A stretch of 64,000 nt of DNA from Prevotella sp. UBA2756 (GCA_002353205.1 DEJE01000048.1:11665-75664); one strand, 5' to 3'. Shown: positions 50,282 through 60,394, numbered from the stretch's first letter. Notes: generated from the letters alone by a model not told the origin. Numbers and translations are program-made.

Positions 50282-52030
50282 TTACATCAGGCTCTTCTTG
50301 CCCGCCAGCGTGTCGTAATTATTGTTCAGATTGCGCCAGTCCACCTTCGTCTTGGTGGAGATGCCGTTGATGTATTTCTCGATGTTCGTGTAGCCGTCGC
50401 CGTTGATGTCGCCGTTGGCATCCTTCGCATCGTTCGGGTTCAGACCGTTGGCGCGCTCCCATTCGTCGGGCATGCCGTCGCCGTCGGTGTCGACCCAAGG
50501 CGTCCACTCTTTGTAGACGGGATATCCACCCATCTGACGCGGGTCGGTGATGATGCCCTGCTTATAGCTGTCGAGCGGCAGACGGCGGTACTTGAAGAAG
50601 CCCTGCTCGTTCTTCGACTTCTCGTGCAGGCCCCACATGTCGCCGAAGGGATTGTCCTTCACCTTCTTCTCATACTTGTCAACATAGTAGGCCTGCCCTG
50701 TGCGCACTTCCTCGCAGATGCGCTGGTCCACGATGTCGCGGCAAGGCATGGTGGCACCGGCGTTGGCGAGCACCCACTCGAAAGCCTTCTCGGCGTCCAT
50801 GATGCTGATGAACGGCATCTCAAACGGTTCGTTCGAACGCATGAGAGCCTTCTCCGTTTCGTCCATTTCACCGTCTTTGTCGGCCGTCTGAATGCCGCCG
50901 TTCCAGTTGTCGCGCGTGATTTCGGGATAGCCTTCCATCACATTGCCCGTGGCATAGACGCGTCCGAACTGCTTGAAGCTGAACAATCCCTGCGAGCGGC
51001 TCTCCGACTTCACGATGCGATGGCCCACGGCCTCGTCTTTCGGTGTGAGCGGTCCGGGCTTGTAGTAGTTGTTGATGAAGTTCGACATCGTGGTAAATTC
51101 GCCGCCGTCGGCCGTGCGGTGCACCCAGTTATAGATGACGTTGTTCACGAAATTGAACACGCCGCCCCACCCGATCGACGGGTTTCGGCCCGTATTGTCG
51201 GCCCAGAGGTTGCGCATGAACGTTGTGTTCTCGCCGCCGATGGTCGATCCGAAGGCATGGTTCCACGTGTCGAGGGCCTTGGCCGAGATGGTGTTCTGAA
51301 TCGTGACGTTCACCGTGGGCTCCTTGCGCTTGGCCTTTCCGTCGTTGAGGTCGAACATGTGTCGGTAGAAGGAGATGTTCTCGTCGAGTCCCCATTCGCA
51401 CGAACAGTGGTCGATCATGATGTTGCCCACGGGGTTGCCTCCGAAGGAATCCTCGCGGTGCCACACCAATGTTTCGCCGCGACGGAAGCGCATGTGGCGC
51501 ACGATGACGTCGTGCGTATCGACCTGGAACGACTCACCGGCGATGATCACGCCCTCGCCCGGAGCCGTCTGTCCGGCTATGGTGATGTAGGGAGCGCGCA
51601 CGAAGATGGGCGACTTCAGACGGATGATGCCGCTGACGTTGAACACCACGATGCGGGCACCGCCCTGCTCGCACGCCCAGCGGAACGAGCCGGGGCCGTC
51701 GTCGTTGAGGTTGGTGACGGTCAGCACCTTGCCGCCGCGGCCGCCGAAGGTGAACATGCCGCCACCCTCAGCACCGGGGAAGGCGGGAATCCTGGCCTGA
51801 CGGAGGTCGTAGGGGCGCGCAGCCCAGGGCACGTAGGGCCTTCCTTCCTTGGCTTCCTTCAACACGATGGGGAATGCGGCCTGCCATGCTGAGTCGCTAT
51901 GGGCCGTCCAGCGAGCCTGTAATGAGTCGATCAGATGGCTCGCCTCGGCGGTCATCTGCGGGTATTGAGCATGAACTCCCAACGTGAAGCCCGCGCAGAG
52001 CACGAGCACAGACAATCCTTTCTTTTTCAT
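50282..52030 (-). CDS. PL1 pectate/RG-II lyase
   Basis: Signal peptide; AFPGAEGGG..TFGGRGG, VTNLNDDGPGSFR, IAGQTAPG, IDHCSCEWGLDE, DTDGDGMPDEWE and GYTNIEKYIN. Confidence 0.9.
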   Translation of the reverse strand: MKKKGLSVLVLCAGFTLGVHAQYPQMTAEASHLIDSLQARWTAHSDSAWQAAFPIVLKEAKEGRPYVPWAARPYDLRQARIPAFPGAEGGGMFTFGGRGGKVLTVTNLNDDGPGSFRWACEQGGARIVVFNVSGIIRLKSPIFVRAPYITIAGQTAPGEGVIIAGESFQVDTHDVIVRHMRFRRGETLVWHREDSFGGNPVGNIMIDHCSCEWGLDENISFYRHMFDLNDGKAKRKEPTVNVTIQNTISAKALDTWNHAFGSTIGGENTTFMRNLWADNTGRNPSIGWGGVFNFVNNVIYNWVHRTADGGEFTTMSNFINNYYKPGPLTPKDEAVGHRIVKSESRSQGLFSFKQFGRVYATGNVMEGYPEITRDNWNGGIQTADKDGEMDETEKALMRSNEPFEMPFISIMDAEKAFEWVLANAGATMPCRDIVDQRICEEVRTGQAYYVDKYEKKVKDNPFGDMWGLHEKSKNEQGFFKYRRLPLDSYKQGIITDPRQMGGYPVYKEWTPWVDTDGDGMPDEWERANGLNPNDAKDANGDINGDGYTNIEKYINGISTKTKVDWRNLNNNYDTLAGKKSLM

Positions 52031-52058
52031 TTGGTTTTTATATTAAGAATCTCATTGA

Positions 52059-52087
52059 AAAGACTCTCTCCTTAAAATAATGTACTA
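52059..52087 (-). promoter_or_regulatory. Putative ECF promoter for PL1
   Basis: Sense strand TAGTAC-N16-AGTCTTT, 31 nt before ATG 52030. Confidence 0.6.
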
Positions 52088-52210
52088 TGCAGATAAGTTT
52101 TTTTAACCCAAGCAAGACGAAGAGAAGATGCTGAGCGGCCGGGACGGCGCTTCTGAACGGACAGAAAAGCCGTTTTCGGTTGTCGCAAGAGGCTCCTCTT
52201 TCTGCAATAT

Positions 52211-52379
52211 AAATTGTTTTGCGCGGCAATTCAATTTGTTTTGCGCAGCAATTTCAATTAGATTGCGCACCAAAATCAATTAAATTGCAACGCAAGGAGA
52301 GGACATTGCCCGGCCACAGCGGCTGGAATGGCACCGCAAGGAGAGGGCTTTGGCCGGCCACAGCGGCTGGAATGGCAAT
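52211..52379. repeat. 22-bp AT-rich units (partly inverted relative to 5803 and 30170) plus a 44-bp direct repeat
   Basis: TTGTTTTGCGCGGCAATTCAATTTGTTTTGCGCAGCAAT; GCAAGGAGAGG..CCGGCCACAGCGGCTGGAATGGCA at 52292 and 52336. Confidence 0.8.
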
Positions 52380-52403
52380 GGGAAACGGTGCCGACGGCAT
52401 GAG

Positions 52404-52441
52404 AAAAAAAGGGCACCGCAATCGCATGCAGTGCCCTTTTT
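52404..52441 (-). terminator. Intrinsic terminator of the DUF3332 gene (bidirectional-capable)
   Basis: AAAAAAAGGGCAC..GTGCCCTTTTT. Confidence 0.8.
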
Positions 52442-52466
52442 AGCGTTCTTATCTTTCGTTTACCGA

Positions 52467-53018
52467 TTATCTCATGGCGAAGAAGTTGCCGCCGTTGACA
52501 GCCATGCGCACCTGATAGAGGCCAGCCTCATCGGGTGTGACGGTGATCTGCTTGTCGTCGGTGAGCGTGGTCAGCGTGCCGTCCTCGTTGTAGCGGAAGA
52601 GCTGCTGTGTGGTGCCGTTCTGCTCAAGCGACCATACGTTGGTCTTCTTGTCGTAGCGGAAATAGCTTGTCTGACCGTTCGGAGCCTTGATTTCGTAGCC
52701 GTTCTTCAGCGTGGTGACGGCATAGAGGAGACCGTCGCTGCCGAGGATGTTCTGCGTCTTGCCCACATTGGATGCCACGGGATTGTCGCCAGTCCAGAAC
52801 TCGATGGTGTTCAGCACGAGCCAGTCGGCTGCCATGGTGAGCGATCCGGCTATCGGCATGAGGATGAAACCTACGATAGCATTGACAAACTTGTTGCCCG
52901 TCATGGTGCGCTGCCACTCGGCATACTTGTTGAAGAGGCTGAAAGAGCCGATACACGAACTGCAGGCCATGCTGCCCAGAAGCAGGAAGGCCACCACTTT
53001 CACATTGAATTTTCTCAT
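52467..53018 (-). CDS. DUF3332 family lipoprotein
   Basis: SSCIGSFSLFNKYAEW and DWLVLNTIEFWTGDNP motifs. Confidence 0.85.
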   Translation of the reverse strand: MRKFNVKVVAFLLLGSMACSSCIGSFSLFNKYAEWQRTMTGNKFVNAIVGFILMPIAGSLTMAADWLVLNTIEFWTGDNPVASNVGKTQNILGSDGLLYAVTTLKNGYEIKAPNGQTSYFRYDKKTNVWSLEQNGTTQQLFRYNEDGTLTTLTDDKQITVTPDEAGLYQVRMAVNGGNFFAMR

Positions 53019-53129
53019 AACCTTATTGTTTTAATAGTAATACAATTGCGCCGCAAAGATGCTGTTTTTTTCAAACATACGGCAAGAAAGTCGCTTGCCG
53101 ACAGGGGGAACAGGCTGGCGGAACAGCGA

Positions 53130-53648
53130 TTAAAATCCGATGCTGATGACAAACGCCTTGTAGTTGGGCATCACGTCGTCGCGCGAATTCATGTAGCGGA
53201 AGCCCAGTCCGACGAAATGATCGTTGGTACGCATGCGAAAACCGCCATAGTAGGACGTGTTCTTGTAGTCGCGGCCCACGCTGGTGGTGACGTTGCCCGT
53301 GAACTCAAACCTGATCTGCTCAATATTTCCCTTTTTGTCTTTGTCATCCCACTGCAAGAGAACGACGCCCAGGCCGCCACCGATGTTCGATGTGTTGCCG
53401 TAGGTTTTCGATCCCTCGTGCTTGTAGAGCATCAGGCTGCTTTCATAACGGAAGTATGGGTACACACGGTCGAAGAGGCAATAGCCCACATCGATGGCTC
53501 CATTGGCCTGCTGCAGGCCGTGATAGCGTGTTCCTGCGCTCACTTCGAGGTCGAGGATGAGATCATCGATGGTTGTCTTTTCCTGTGCGGAAGCTGAACC
53601 GACAGCCATCAGCAGCACGGCCAGCAGGGTAGTGATTCTTGATTTCAT
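53130..53648 (-). CDS. Hypothetical outer-membrane beta-barrel protein
   Basis: Signal peptide from MKSRITT; alternating beta-strand pattern; C-terminal VISIGF; minus-strand TACTTTTG upstream. Confidence 0.65.
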   Translation of the reverse strand: MKSRITTLLAVLLMAVGSASAQEKTTIDDLILDLEVSAGTRYHGLQQANGAIDVGYCLFDRVYPYFRYESSLMLYKHEGSKTYGNTSNIGGGLGVVLLQWDDKDKKGNIEQIRFEFTGNVTTSVGRDYKNTSYYGGFRMRTNDHFVGLGFRYMNSRDDVMPNYKAFVISIGF

Positions 53649-53833
53649 TGTCTTACGGTTTAAAATTATTTGGCACAAAAGTAATAATAAATTCTTGAAT
53701 AAGAACAAAAAAAAGTAAAAAAATTACTTTTCTGCACACTTTGAAGTAGGTATTGCGACTCGAACGGCTCAGCGTTCGAGTTTTTTTCCTATATTTGCAC
53801 CATAATTGTAAACTCACTTAAAAACCAAGACAC

Positions 53834-54607
53834 ATGAAAAAGATGTTTTTCTGCATGCTGGCAGCCACCTTGCTGCTATCATGCCGGGCCAAGGTTGAGA
53901 CCAAGAATGCGGCCACCGACGACAACAGCCAGTTTGTAACCCTCACCGATGCCGTTCCCGATGCCATTCTGGAGATACGCTATTTCGGCACCTACAACTT
54001 CGTGGGTACGCGCATCGACGGCTACGAGGAGCCCACGGCCCTGCTCACGCGGGTGGCTGCCGACAGCCTGCGCGCCGTGAGCGACGACGTGAAGGCGCTG
54101 GGCTACCGTCTGAAAATCTATGATGCCTACCGTCCGCAGAAGGCCGTCGACCACTTCGTGCGCTGGTCGAAGGACATCGGCGACACGCTGATGAAGCGCT
54201 ACTTCTATCCCGACCTCGACAAGAGCGTGCTCTTCCCGCAGGAATATATCTGCGAGCGCAGCGGACACACTCGCGGCTCGACCGTCGACCTGACGCTCTT
54301 CGACATGAAGACCGAGAAGGAACTCGACATGGGAGGCACGTTCGACTGGTTCGGACACGAGAGCCACCCCGTCTTCTGCACCAAGCCGCTGGCCGAGGGA
54401 CAGGAGGTGGAGAAGACCGCCAAGCTTGAATACATGCAGAGCGACAGCCTCAGCGCCGAGCAGTTCAACAACCGCATGGTGCTGCGCCAGGCCATGATGC
54501 GCCACGGCTTCAAGCCCATGCGCACCGAGTGGTGGCACTTCACGCTCGCCGACGAGCCCTTCCCCGACACCTACTTCACCTTCCCCGTCAGGCAGATTGC
54601 CAAGTAG
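53834..54607 (+). CDS. M15D D-alanyl-D-alanine dipeptidase (VanX/DdpX-like) lipoprotein
   Basis: LLLSC lipobox; YDAYRPQ, SGHTRGSTVDLT and EWWHF motifs; TATATTTG at 53790-53797. Confidence 0.92.
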   Translation: MKKMFFCMLAATLLLSCRAKVETKNAATDDNSQFVTLTDAVPDAILEIRYFGTYNFVGTRIDGYEEPTALLTRVAADSLRAVSDDVKALGYRLKIYDAYRPQKAVDHFVRWSKDIGDTLMKRYFYPDLDKSVLFPQEYICERSGHTRGSTVDLTLFDMKTEKELDMGGTFDWFGHESHPVFCTKPLAEGQEVEKTAKLEYMQSDSLSAEQFNNRMVLRQAMMRHGFKPMRTEWWHFTLADEPFPDTYFTFPVRQIAK

Positions 54608-54670
54608 CCTGACATTAAGCAAGTCTAAACTCCTCAACTCCTAAACTCCCCCAAAAATAGAAAAACGAGA

Positions 54671-57115
54671 ATGAAAGCAATAATCAGAGAAACGGTTGCC
54701 TCCGCCCTGATGGCCTTGCTGTCGCTGACGGCCTCGGCGCAGAGCGTAAGGGAGACCATCCGCCTGGACGAAGGATGGAAGTTTGCATTTGGAAACGCTG
54801 CCGACCCGCAGAAAGACTTCGGGTGCGGCACGGAATACTTCAACTACCTGACGAAAGCCAACTCCATTCACAACGAAGGACCGTACAGCACGAAGTTCAA
54901 CGACTCGGCATGGCACGTGGTCAGCGTGCCTCACGACTTCGTCGCCACACTCCCCTACGCCCGCGAAGCAAGCCATTCGCACGGCTACAAGACGGTGGGC
55001 TTCAAGTACCCCGAGACGAGTGTCGGCTGGTATCGCAAGACCATCCACATCCCCGAAGGCGACCTCGGCAAGCACATCGCACTGCAGTTCGACGGCATCT
55101 TCCGCAACGCCCGCGTGTGGTTCAACGGCTTCTACATGGGAACCGAGCCCAGCGGCTACGCCACGCAGGTGTACGACGTGACGGAATATGTGAACTACGG
55201 CGGCGACAACCTCATCTGCATCCGGGCCGATGCCACGCTCGAAGAGGGCTGGTTCTACGAGGGTGCCGGCATCTACCGCGACGCTTGGCTGCTGAAGACG
55301 GCTGCCGTGAGCGTGGCACCCTTCGGCACTTTCGTCTGGGCCGACATGAAAGAGCCTTTCGATGAAGCCACGCTCCACATCAGGACCGATGTGAACAACA
55401 GCTCGCTGCAAGGGCAGACGTTCGCCCTGGAGCACCGTCTTCTCGACGCCGACGGGCGCGAGGTGGGCCGACAGGAGACCCGTGCGGAACTTCTGAAAGC
55501 GAAAGACAGCAAGACGGTAGAGGCCGTGATGGCCGTCGGCAAGCCCCATCTGTGGAGCACCGACGATCCTTATCTGTATCAAGTGGTGACGACGGTGAAG
55601 GTGGACGGACGGGTGACCGACGTCTACGAGACGACGACGGGCTTCCGCCACATCGAATTCACCGCCGACCGCGGCTTCTTGCTCAACGGCAAACAGCTCA
55701 AGCTGAAGGGCGTGAACATGCACCAAGACCATGCCGGCGTGGGAGCGGCCATACCAGAAGCACTCCACGCATGGCGCATCAGGCAGCTGAAAGCCTTCGG
55801 ATGCAACGCCTACCGCTCATCCCACAACCCCATGACGCCGGCTCTGCTCGACATCTGCGACCGCGAGGGCATGCTCGTCATCGACGAGAACCGACTCACC
55901 GGCATCAACCAGGAGCATCTGAGACTCCTGGAGAACATGATCCGCCGCGACCGCAACCACCCGAGCGTCATCCTCTGGAGCGACGGCAACGAGGAATGGG
56001 GCATGGAAAACACCATCCAGGGCACACGCATCGCACAGGCCATGCGCGAATATACCCGTCTGCTCGACCACACACGCCAATCCACCATCGCCAATGCCGG
56101 GGGCACGGAGATGATCAAGGGGCTCGACGTGGTGGGCTACAACTACATCATGCAGAACAACGTGGACGAACACCGACGCCAACATCCGTCGTGGAAGGTG
56201 GTGGGAACGGAAGAAACGACAGGCTGCGGCACACGCGGCATCTATTTCAACACACCCGACCAGCCCGGACACATGCCGTCGATGAACCTCAGCGCCGACA
56301 AAGACGGCACGCGCAACCGCATCGAGCGCGGATGGCGCTTCTACGACGAGCGGCCATGGACGGCAGGACTCTTCTACTGGACGGGCTTCGACTACCGAGG
56401 GGAGCCTAATCCGCTACACTTTCCGGCCCACGACTCCGAGTTCGGCATTCTCGACTACTGCGGATTCTGGAAAGACGAGGCATGGTATCTGAAGTCGTGG
56501 TGGACCGACGAGCCCACGCTCCACGTCTTCCCGCACTGGAACCTGGCAGGACACGAGGGTGAGGAGATAGAGCTTTGGGCCTATAGCAACTGTGACGAGG
56601 TGGAGCTCACCGTCAACGGCAAGCGTCTCGGACGCCAAGCCATGCCCCGCAACGGGCACCTGACGTGGAAAACCGTCTACCAACCGGGCAAGGTGGTGGC
56701 CACGGGTTACAAGAACGGGAAGCGCATTCTGACGCAGACGATGGAGACAACGAAGGCTGCCAGCAAGGTGGTGATGAAGAGCGACCGCACGGCTATCACC
56801 GCCGACGGGCGTGACGTGGCCGTGGTGACCGTGGAACTGCAAGACGCCAAGGGCCGACGCGTACCCGATGCCTGCCATCCCATCACCCTACGACTCGCTG
56901 GCGAAGGCCGCATACTGGGTGTCGGCAACGGCGACCCCGCCTATCTCGGAGCCGACCATCCGCAGCAGGCCGACTGCCATGAGTTCCGAATCCCGGCCTT
57001 CAACGGCCTGGCTCAGGTGCTCATACAGAGCAGCCGCAACCCTGCAACGCTCTCGCTGACGGCCAACGCCGACGGTCTGAAAGCCGCTCAGCTGACCATC
57101 ACGACGAGTAAATGA
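54671..57115 (+). CDS. GH2 glycoside hydrolase (beta-galactosidase / alpha-L-arabinopyranosidase-like)
   Basis: WFYEGAGIYR, GVNMHQDHAGVG, NAYRSSHNP, WSDGNEE, WTGFDYRGEP and GVGNGDP. Confidence 0.9.
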   Translation: MKAIIRETVASALMALLSLTASAQSVRETIRLDEGWKFAFGNAADPQKDFGCGTEYFNYLTKANSIHNEGPYSTKFNDSAWHVVSVPHDFVATLPYAREASHSHGYKTVGFKYPETSVGWYRKTIHIPEGDLGKHIALQFDGIFRNARVWFNGFYMGTEPSGYATQVYDVTEYVNYGGDNLICIRADATLEEGWFYEGAGIYRDAWLLKTAAVSVAPFGTFVWADMKEPFDEATLHIRTDVNNSSLQGQTFALEHRLLDADGREVGRQETRAELLKAKDSKTVEAVMAVGKPHLWSTDDPYLYQVVTTVKVDGRVTDVYETTTGFRHIEFTADRGFLLNGKQLKLKGVNMHQDHAGVGAAIPEALHAWRIRQLKAFGCNAYRSSHNPMTPALLDICDREGMLVIDENRLTGINQEHLRLLENMIRRDRNHPSVILWSDGNEEWGMENTIQGTRIAQAMREYTRLLDHTRQSTIANAGGTEMIKGLDVVGYNYIMQNNVDEHRRQHPSWKVVGTEETTGCGTRGIYFNTPDQPGHMPSMNLSADKDGTRNRIERGWRFYDERPWTAGLFYWTGFDYRGEPNPLHFPAHDSEFGILDYCGFWKDEAWYLKSWWTDEPTLHVFPHWNLAGHEGEEIELWAYSNCDEVELTVNGKRLGRQAMPRNGHLTWKTVYQPGKVVATGYKNGKRILTQTMETTKAASKVVMKSDRTAITADGRDVAVVTVELQDAKGRRVPDACHPITLRLAGEGRILGVGNGDPAYLGADHPQQADCHEFRIPAFNGLAQVLIQSSRNPATLSLTANADGLKAAQLTITTSK

Positions 57116-57164
57116 AGTTCTCATCCCATTTCCGCAGACCGTCGTTGAGCGACGGCACCACTCA

Positions 57165-57210
57165 AAACAAACAGGCCGCAGCCCCCGAAAGGACTGCGGC
57201 CTGCTTCTGT
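57165..57210. terminator. Hairpin terminator between convergent genes
   Basis: CAGGCCGCAG..CTGCGGCCTG stem. Confidence 0.75.
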
Positions 57211-57238
57211 ATAAACCCCAAGCACGGGCAAAGAGCGA

Positions 57239-57691
57239 CTACCGGTTGAGTATCTGTTGCGCATGCTCCTTCGTCTTGATCTGCCGACCGGAAAGAATCT
57301 GCTCGATGATGCCCTCCTCGTTGATGACGAAGGTGGTGCGGATGGTGCCCATCGTCGTGCGTCCATACATGTTCTTCTCGCCCCAGGCGCCCATGGCTTC
57401 CATCAGCGTGCGGTCAACGTCGGCTATCAGGGGGAAAGGCAGACTGTGCTTCTCCTTGAACTTCTGGTGCGAGTCGGCCGTGTCCTTGCTCACGCCCACC
57501 ACCTCGTAGCCCGCTCCCTGCAGCTCGGCGAAGTGGTCGCGCAGGCTGCAAGCCTCCGACGTGCAGCCGCTGGTGTTGTCTTTCGGGTAGAAATAGAGCA
57601 CGAGCTTGCGCCCGCGATAATCGCTCAGACGGATTTCCCGTCCCTGTTCGTCCTTGCCCAGAATCTCGGGCGCCTTGTCTCCAATGTTCAT
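57239..57691 (-). CDS. bcp: Thioredoxin-dependent peroxiredoxin BCP
   Basis: LYFYPKDNTSGCTSEACSLRD and RTTFVI motifs. Confidence 0.95.
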   Translation of the reverse strand: MNIGDKAPEILGKDEQGREIRLSDYRGRKLVLYFYPKDNTSGCTSEACSLRDHFAELQGAGYEVVGVSKDTADSHQKFKEKHSLPFPLIADVDRTLMEAMGAWGEKNMYGRTTMGTIRTTFVINEEGIIEQILSGRQIKTKEHAQQILNR

Positions 57692-57880
57692 AATCGTATG
57701 TTTTTAGTGATCGTTAAAGAATGTGTCTGTATCAATCGGGTTACGAGGTGCGAGGCTTTAAACACCTAATTGCTGCAAAGATAAAAAATAATTCCTTCTT
57801 TCGCAATATGATTTGCAACTTTTTTCCTAAATTTGCAAACCATATTGCAGAAAACAAACCTAACAAGTGCAAGAGCGATT

Positions 57881-58519
57881 ATGAAGAGAACGGAATTGCT
57901 GAGAGAAGTGTTTCCGACGGCCATACTGGCGGGAATATGTATATCCATCGGATGCGTGGTGAACCTGAGAGTGGGCGGCGTGGCCGGTGCCGTGCTGTTT
58001 GCCTTCGGATTGACCACCGTGGTCTACTACGGACTGAAGCTCTACACGGGCACGGCGGGCTTCATTCGCCGACGGGGCGACTGGTCGATGCTCGCCGTGG
58101 TGCTGCTGGGCAACATCGTGGGCTGCCTGCTCACGGCATGGATGATTGCCTACGCGCAGCCCGACTGCGTGGAACCGGCATCGAAGATACTGGCCGGAAG
58201 GCTGGACAAGGGTCCGTGGGCTTGCTTCCTGCTCGCTATCGGCTGCGGATTCATCATGACCACGGCCGTGGAGTTCGCCCGAAAGGGGAAGATGCTGACG
58301 CTGCTGCTCGGCGTCCCCGTGTTCATACTCTGCGGATTCGCCCACTCCATCGCCGATGCTTTCTACTTCCTGGTTTCGCCGACGGCGCAACTGCTACGGA
58401 CCGAGGTGCTCATCGTCTACATCAGCGAGGTGCTGGGCAACTTCGTAGGCTGCAATCTCTATCGCTGGACGCTCTTCGCAGGAAGACTGGGGACGGGCGA
58501 AACGTCGGGTTCCCACTGA
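57881..58519 (+). CDS. Formate/nitrite transporter family protein (short form)
   Basis: AILAGICISIG, LYTG, LLGNIVG and FILCGFAHSIAD; TAAATTTG at 57828. Confidence 0.82.
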   Translation: MKRTELLREVFPTAILAGICISIGCVVNLRVGGVAGAVLFAFGLTTVVYYGLKLYTGTAGFIRRRGDWSMLAVVLLGNIVGCLLTAWMIAYAQPDCVEPASKILAGRLDKGPWACFLLAIGCGFIMTTAVEFARKGKMLTLLLGVPVFILCGFAHSIADAFYFLVSPTAQLLRTEVLIVYISEVLGNFVGCNLYRWTLFAGRLGTGETSGSH

Positions 58520-58833
58520 TAACGCTGCATGTCGACGTGCCCGTTGGACTTGAATACCACGCCCTCGGCTTCCAATAGCGTGCGCTGAGCGGCCCACCCT
58601 GGAGCTGTGCGACCCACCTTGTTCACCACCCGATGGCACGGCAGACGCTCCGCACCAGGCGAATAGCGCAGCACACGGCCCACCATGCGCGAATGGCTGG
58701 GCCATCCAGCCCACGCGGCGATGATGCCGTAGGTCGTCACGCGCCCACGGGGAATCTGAGCCACGATGTTCAGCACGTCGTCGCTGAACGTCCGGGCCTC
58801 CTCCACCGTCATCGTGTCGCGATAATCTTTCAT
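58459..58833 (-). CDS. MGMT/O6-alkylguanine alkyltransferase DNA-binding family protein
   Basis: IPRGRVTTYG.IA, RMVG and LPCHRVVN; start reassigned to ATG 58833. Confidence 0.9.
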   Translation of the reverse strand: MKDYRDTMTVEEARTFSDDVLNIVAQIPRGRVTTYGIIAAWAGWPSHSRMVGRVLRYSPGAERLPCHRVVNKVGRTAPGWAAQRTLLEAEGVVFKSNGHVDMQRYQWEPDVSPVPSLPAKSVQR

Positions 58834-58913
58834 ATTCTTGGGGTATCTCCTGTTTTGAGATGCTGCTCCATGGTTTTGATTCTTTCCTTTTGATCCATAT
58901 CTGTGCCGTTTTG

Positions 58914-59675
58914 TCAAGATGAAACGTTCATCCAATAGCTGCGTTCCTCGTAGTTCATTTTCTCAATGGCATAGCGCAGGGAGGTTCGTGCCATCTCGTG
59001 GGCATGCTGGCGCAGGAAATCACGAAGCAAATCCACGCTCACACGCTTGCCCACTTCACGTAGCATCCATCCCACGGCTTTGTGCATCAAGTCGTGGGGA
59101 TGGTGCAAGTGGATCTCTGCATAGCGGAGACACCAAGAGGGATCGCCCATCTGTGTGGTTTTCCAGGTGCATACCATGCTCATCCGTTGTCGCCAAAGGT
59201 TCTCACTATAGGCAAGTGCATCGACAATGGCCTGCTTGTCTCCTAAATGAGTGGGAAGCATCAGCCAATGGCCTAAGATCTTGGGTGCCGACATATCCAC
59301 AAGATCCCAGTTGTTGGCCCGCTCGGCATGATCGAGATAGAGCATCGTGATCTCATCTCGTTGACGTATGGCATGCTCATCGTTGATCCATCGCTTCGCT
59401 GTCAGTTGCTCGAACTTCAATACCATTATCAGCAGGCCGCATAACCTGACTTCGTGCCACCGGCTCTCCAGTAAGGCAGGAATCTCATCAAGGGGCAGAT
59501 CCTTAGCCGCCATCTTCACCACCTCGCGTGTCTGCGGCACCTTGAGCCCGATAAACTCATCGCCCTCACCATACTCTCCGGGACCCGTCTTGAAGAATCG
59601 CATCAGCACCTGCCGCTGCTTCTCATCGTGCAACGACTCCATATACTGGATGATATCTTTCGCTGTCATCATCAT
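58914..59675 (-). CDS. DNA alkylation repair protein (AlkD-like)
   Basis: FFKTGPGEYGEGD.FIG, NNWDLVD and DLMHKAVGWMLREVGKR. Confidence 0.9.
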   Translation of the reverse strand: MMMTAKDIIQYMESLHDEKQRQVLMRFFKTGPGEYGEGDEFIGLKVPQTREVVKMAAKDLPLDEIPALLESRWHEVRLCGLLIMVLKFEQLTAKRWINDEHAIRQRDEITMLYLDHAERANNWDLVDMSAPKILGHWLMLPTHLGDKQAIVDALAYSENLWRQRMSMVCTWKTTQMGDPSWCLRYAEIHLHHPHDLMHKAVGWMLREVGKRVSVDLLRDFLRQHAHEMARTSLRYAIEKMNYEERSYWMNVSS

Positions 59676-59764
59676 TTATTATTGTTGAAATCTCCGAATG
59701 AGATGCCCGTTGGGCTAAGAAAAGCATTCTTATCGGAGTAAAGAATTAAAAAAAATGGATAAGA

Positions 59765-60394
59765 CTAAAGAAGAAACTGTTCAAACATCTTTTGATAAGC
59801 TGCCACCTTCTTCTCGAAAGCAAGGGGATAAGCCCGTGATGATGATGGAAGACGGTAGAGCACAAGGGGATGATCTCCTTGATAAGAGACTGGTGAAACG
59901 GTAACCCAGGTGTTTACTTTCGGTGTCTGGGGTACCTGCAGAGAGCCACAAAGCGTTTCCGTGGCCTTCTCACCAGTGGTGACGATGACTTTCAGATGGG
60001 GCAGACATGCTATCAGGGCTGGGATATCTGTAGGCTCTACCACCTCAAGGAACTTGTCTGAAGCATTGTCCTGCAGACGGCGGACGGCCATAGAGGTATC
60101 GAAGAAAGCGATTCCCTTCTCCATACAGAAGGACACTATCTCGTGAATCTTGAAACACTTTGCCTTTTCATCGACAAAATGATTCCGGTCACCGAAGAAC
60201 ACCTGTCCTTCTATACGCCAGTGGTCGTTGATGTAGTTTGGGTAATAGAAATCCATGCACCACCGTTTTCGCTGGGGCGGGAAACTGCCGAGGAACAGCA
60301 CCTTGGCGTTCTCCGGCAGAAAGGGTATCAACGGATGATACTCTACCCCATCGGTGCTGCGGGCAATATTAGTTGTATTCAGATAAGACTCCAT
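59765..60394 (-). CDS. Uracil-DNA glycosylase superfamily protein
   Basis: HP..PFLP.NAKVLFLGSFPP, FYYPN and LPSSSRA. Confidence 0.85.
   Translation of the reverse strand: MESYLNTTNIARSTDGVEYHPLIPFLPENAKVLFLGSFPPQRKRWCMDFYYPNYINDHWRIEGQVFFGDRNHFVDEKAKCFKIHEIVSFCMEKGIAFFDTSMAVRRLQDNASDKFLEVVEPTDIPALIACLPHLKVIVTTGEKATETLCGSLQVPQTPKVNTWVTVSPVSYQGDHPLVLYRLPSSSRAYPLAFEKKVAAYQKMFEQFLL

Noticed and set aside
53758-53787. Small RNA ending at the hairpin ACTCGAACG/CGTTCGAGT plus T-run
   Set aside because: Terminator-like, but it overlaps the dipeptidase promoter region and I found no supporting upstream promoter.
53834-54607. Vancomycin resistance locus
   Set aside because: A lone M15D dipeptidase lipoprotein with no vanH/vanA/vanRS, in a Gram-negative host.
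54601-54630. ECF motif upstream of the last GH2 (AAGTAG..AGTC)
   Set aside because: Lacks TACA and the spacing is 14 nt.
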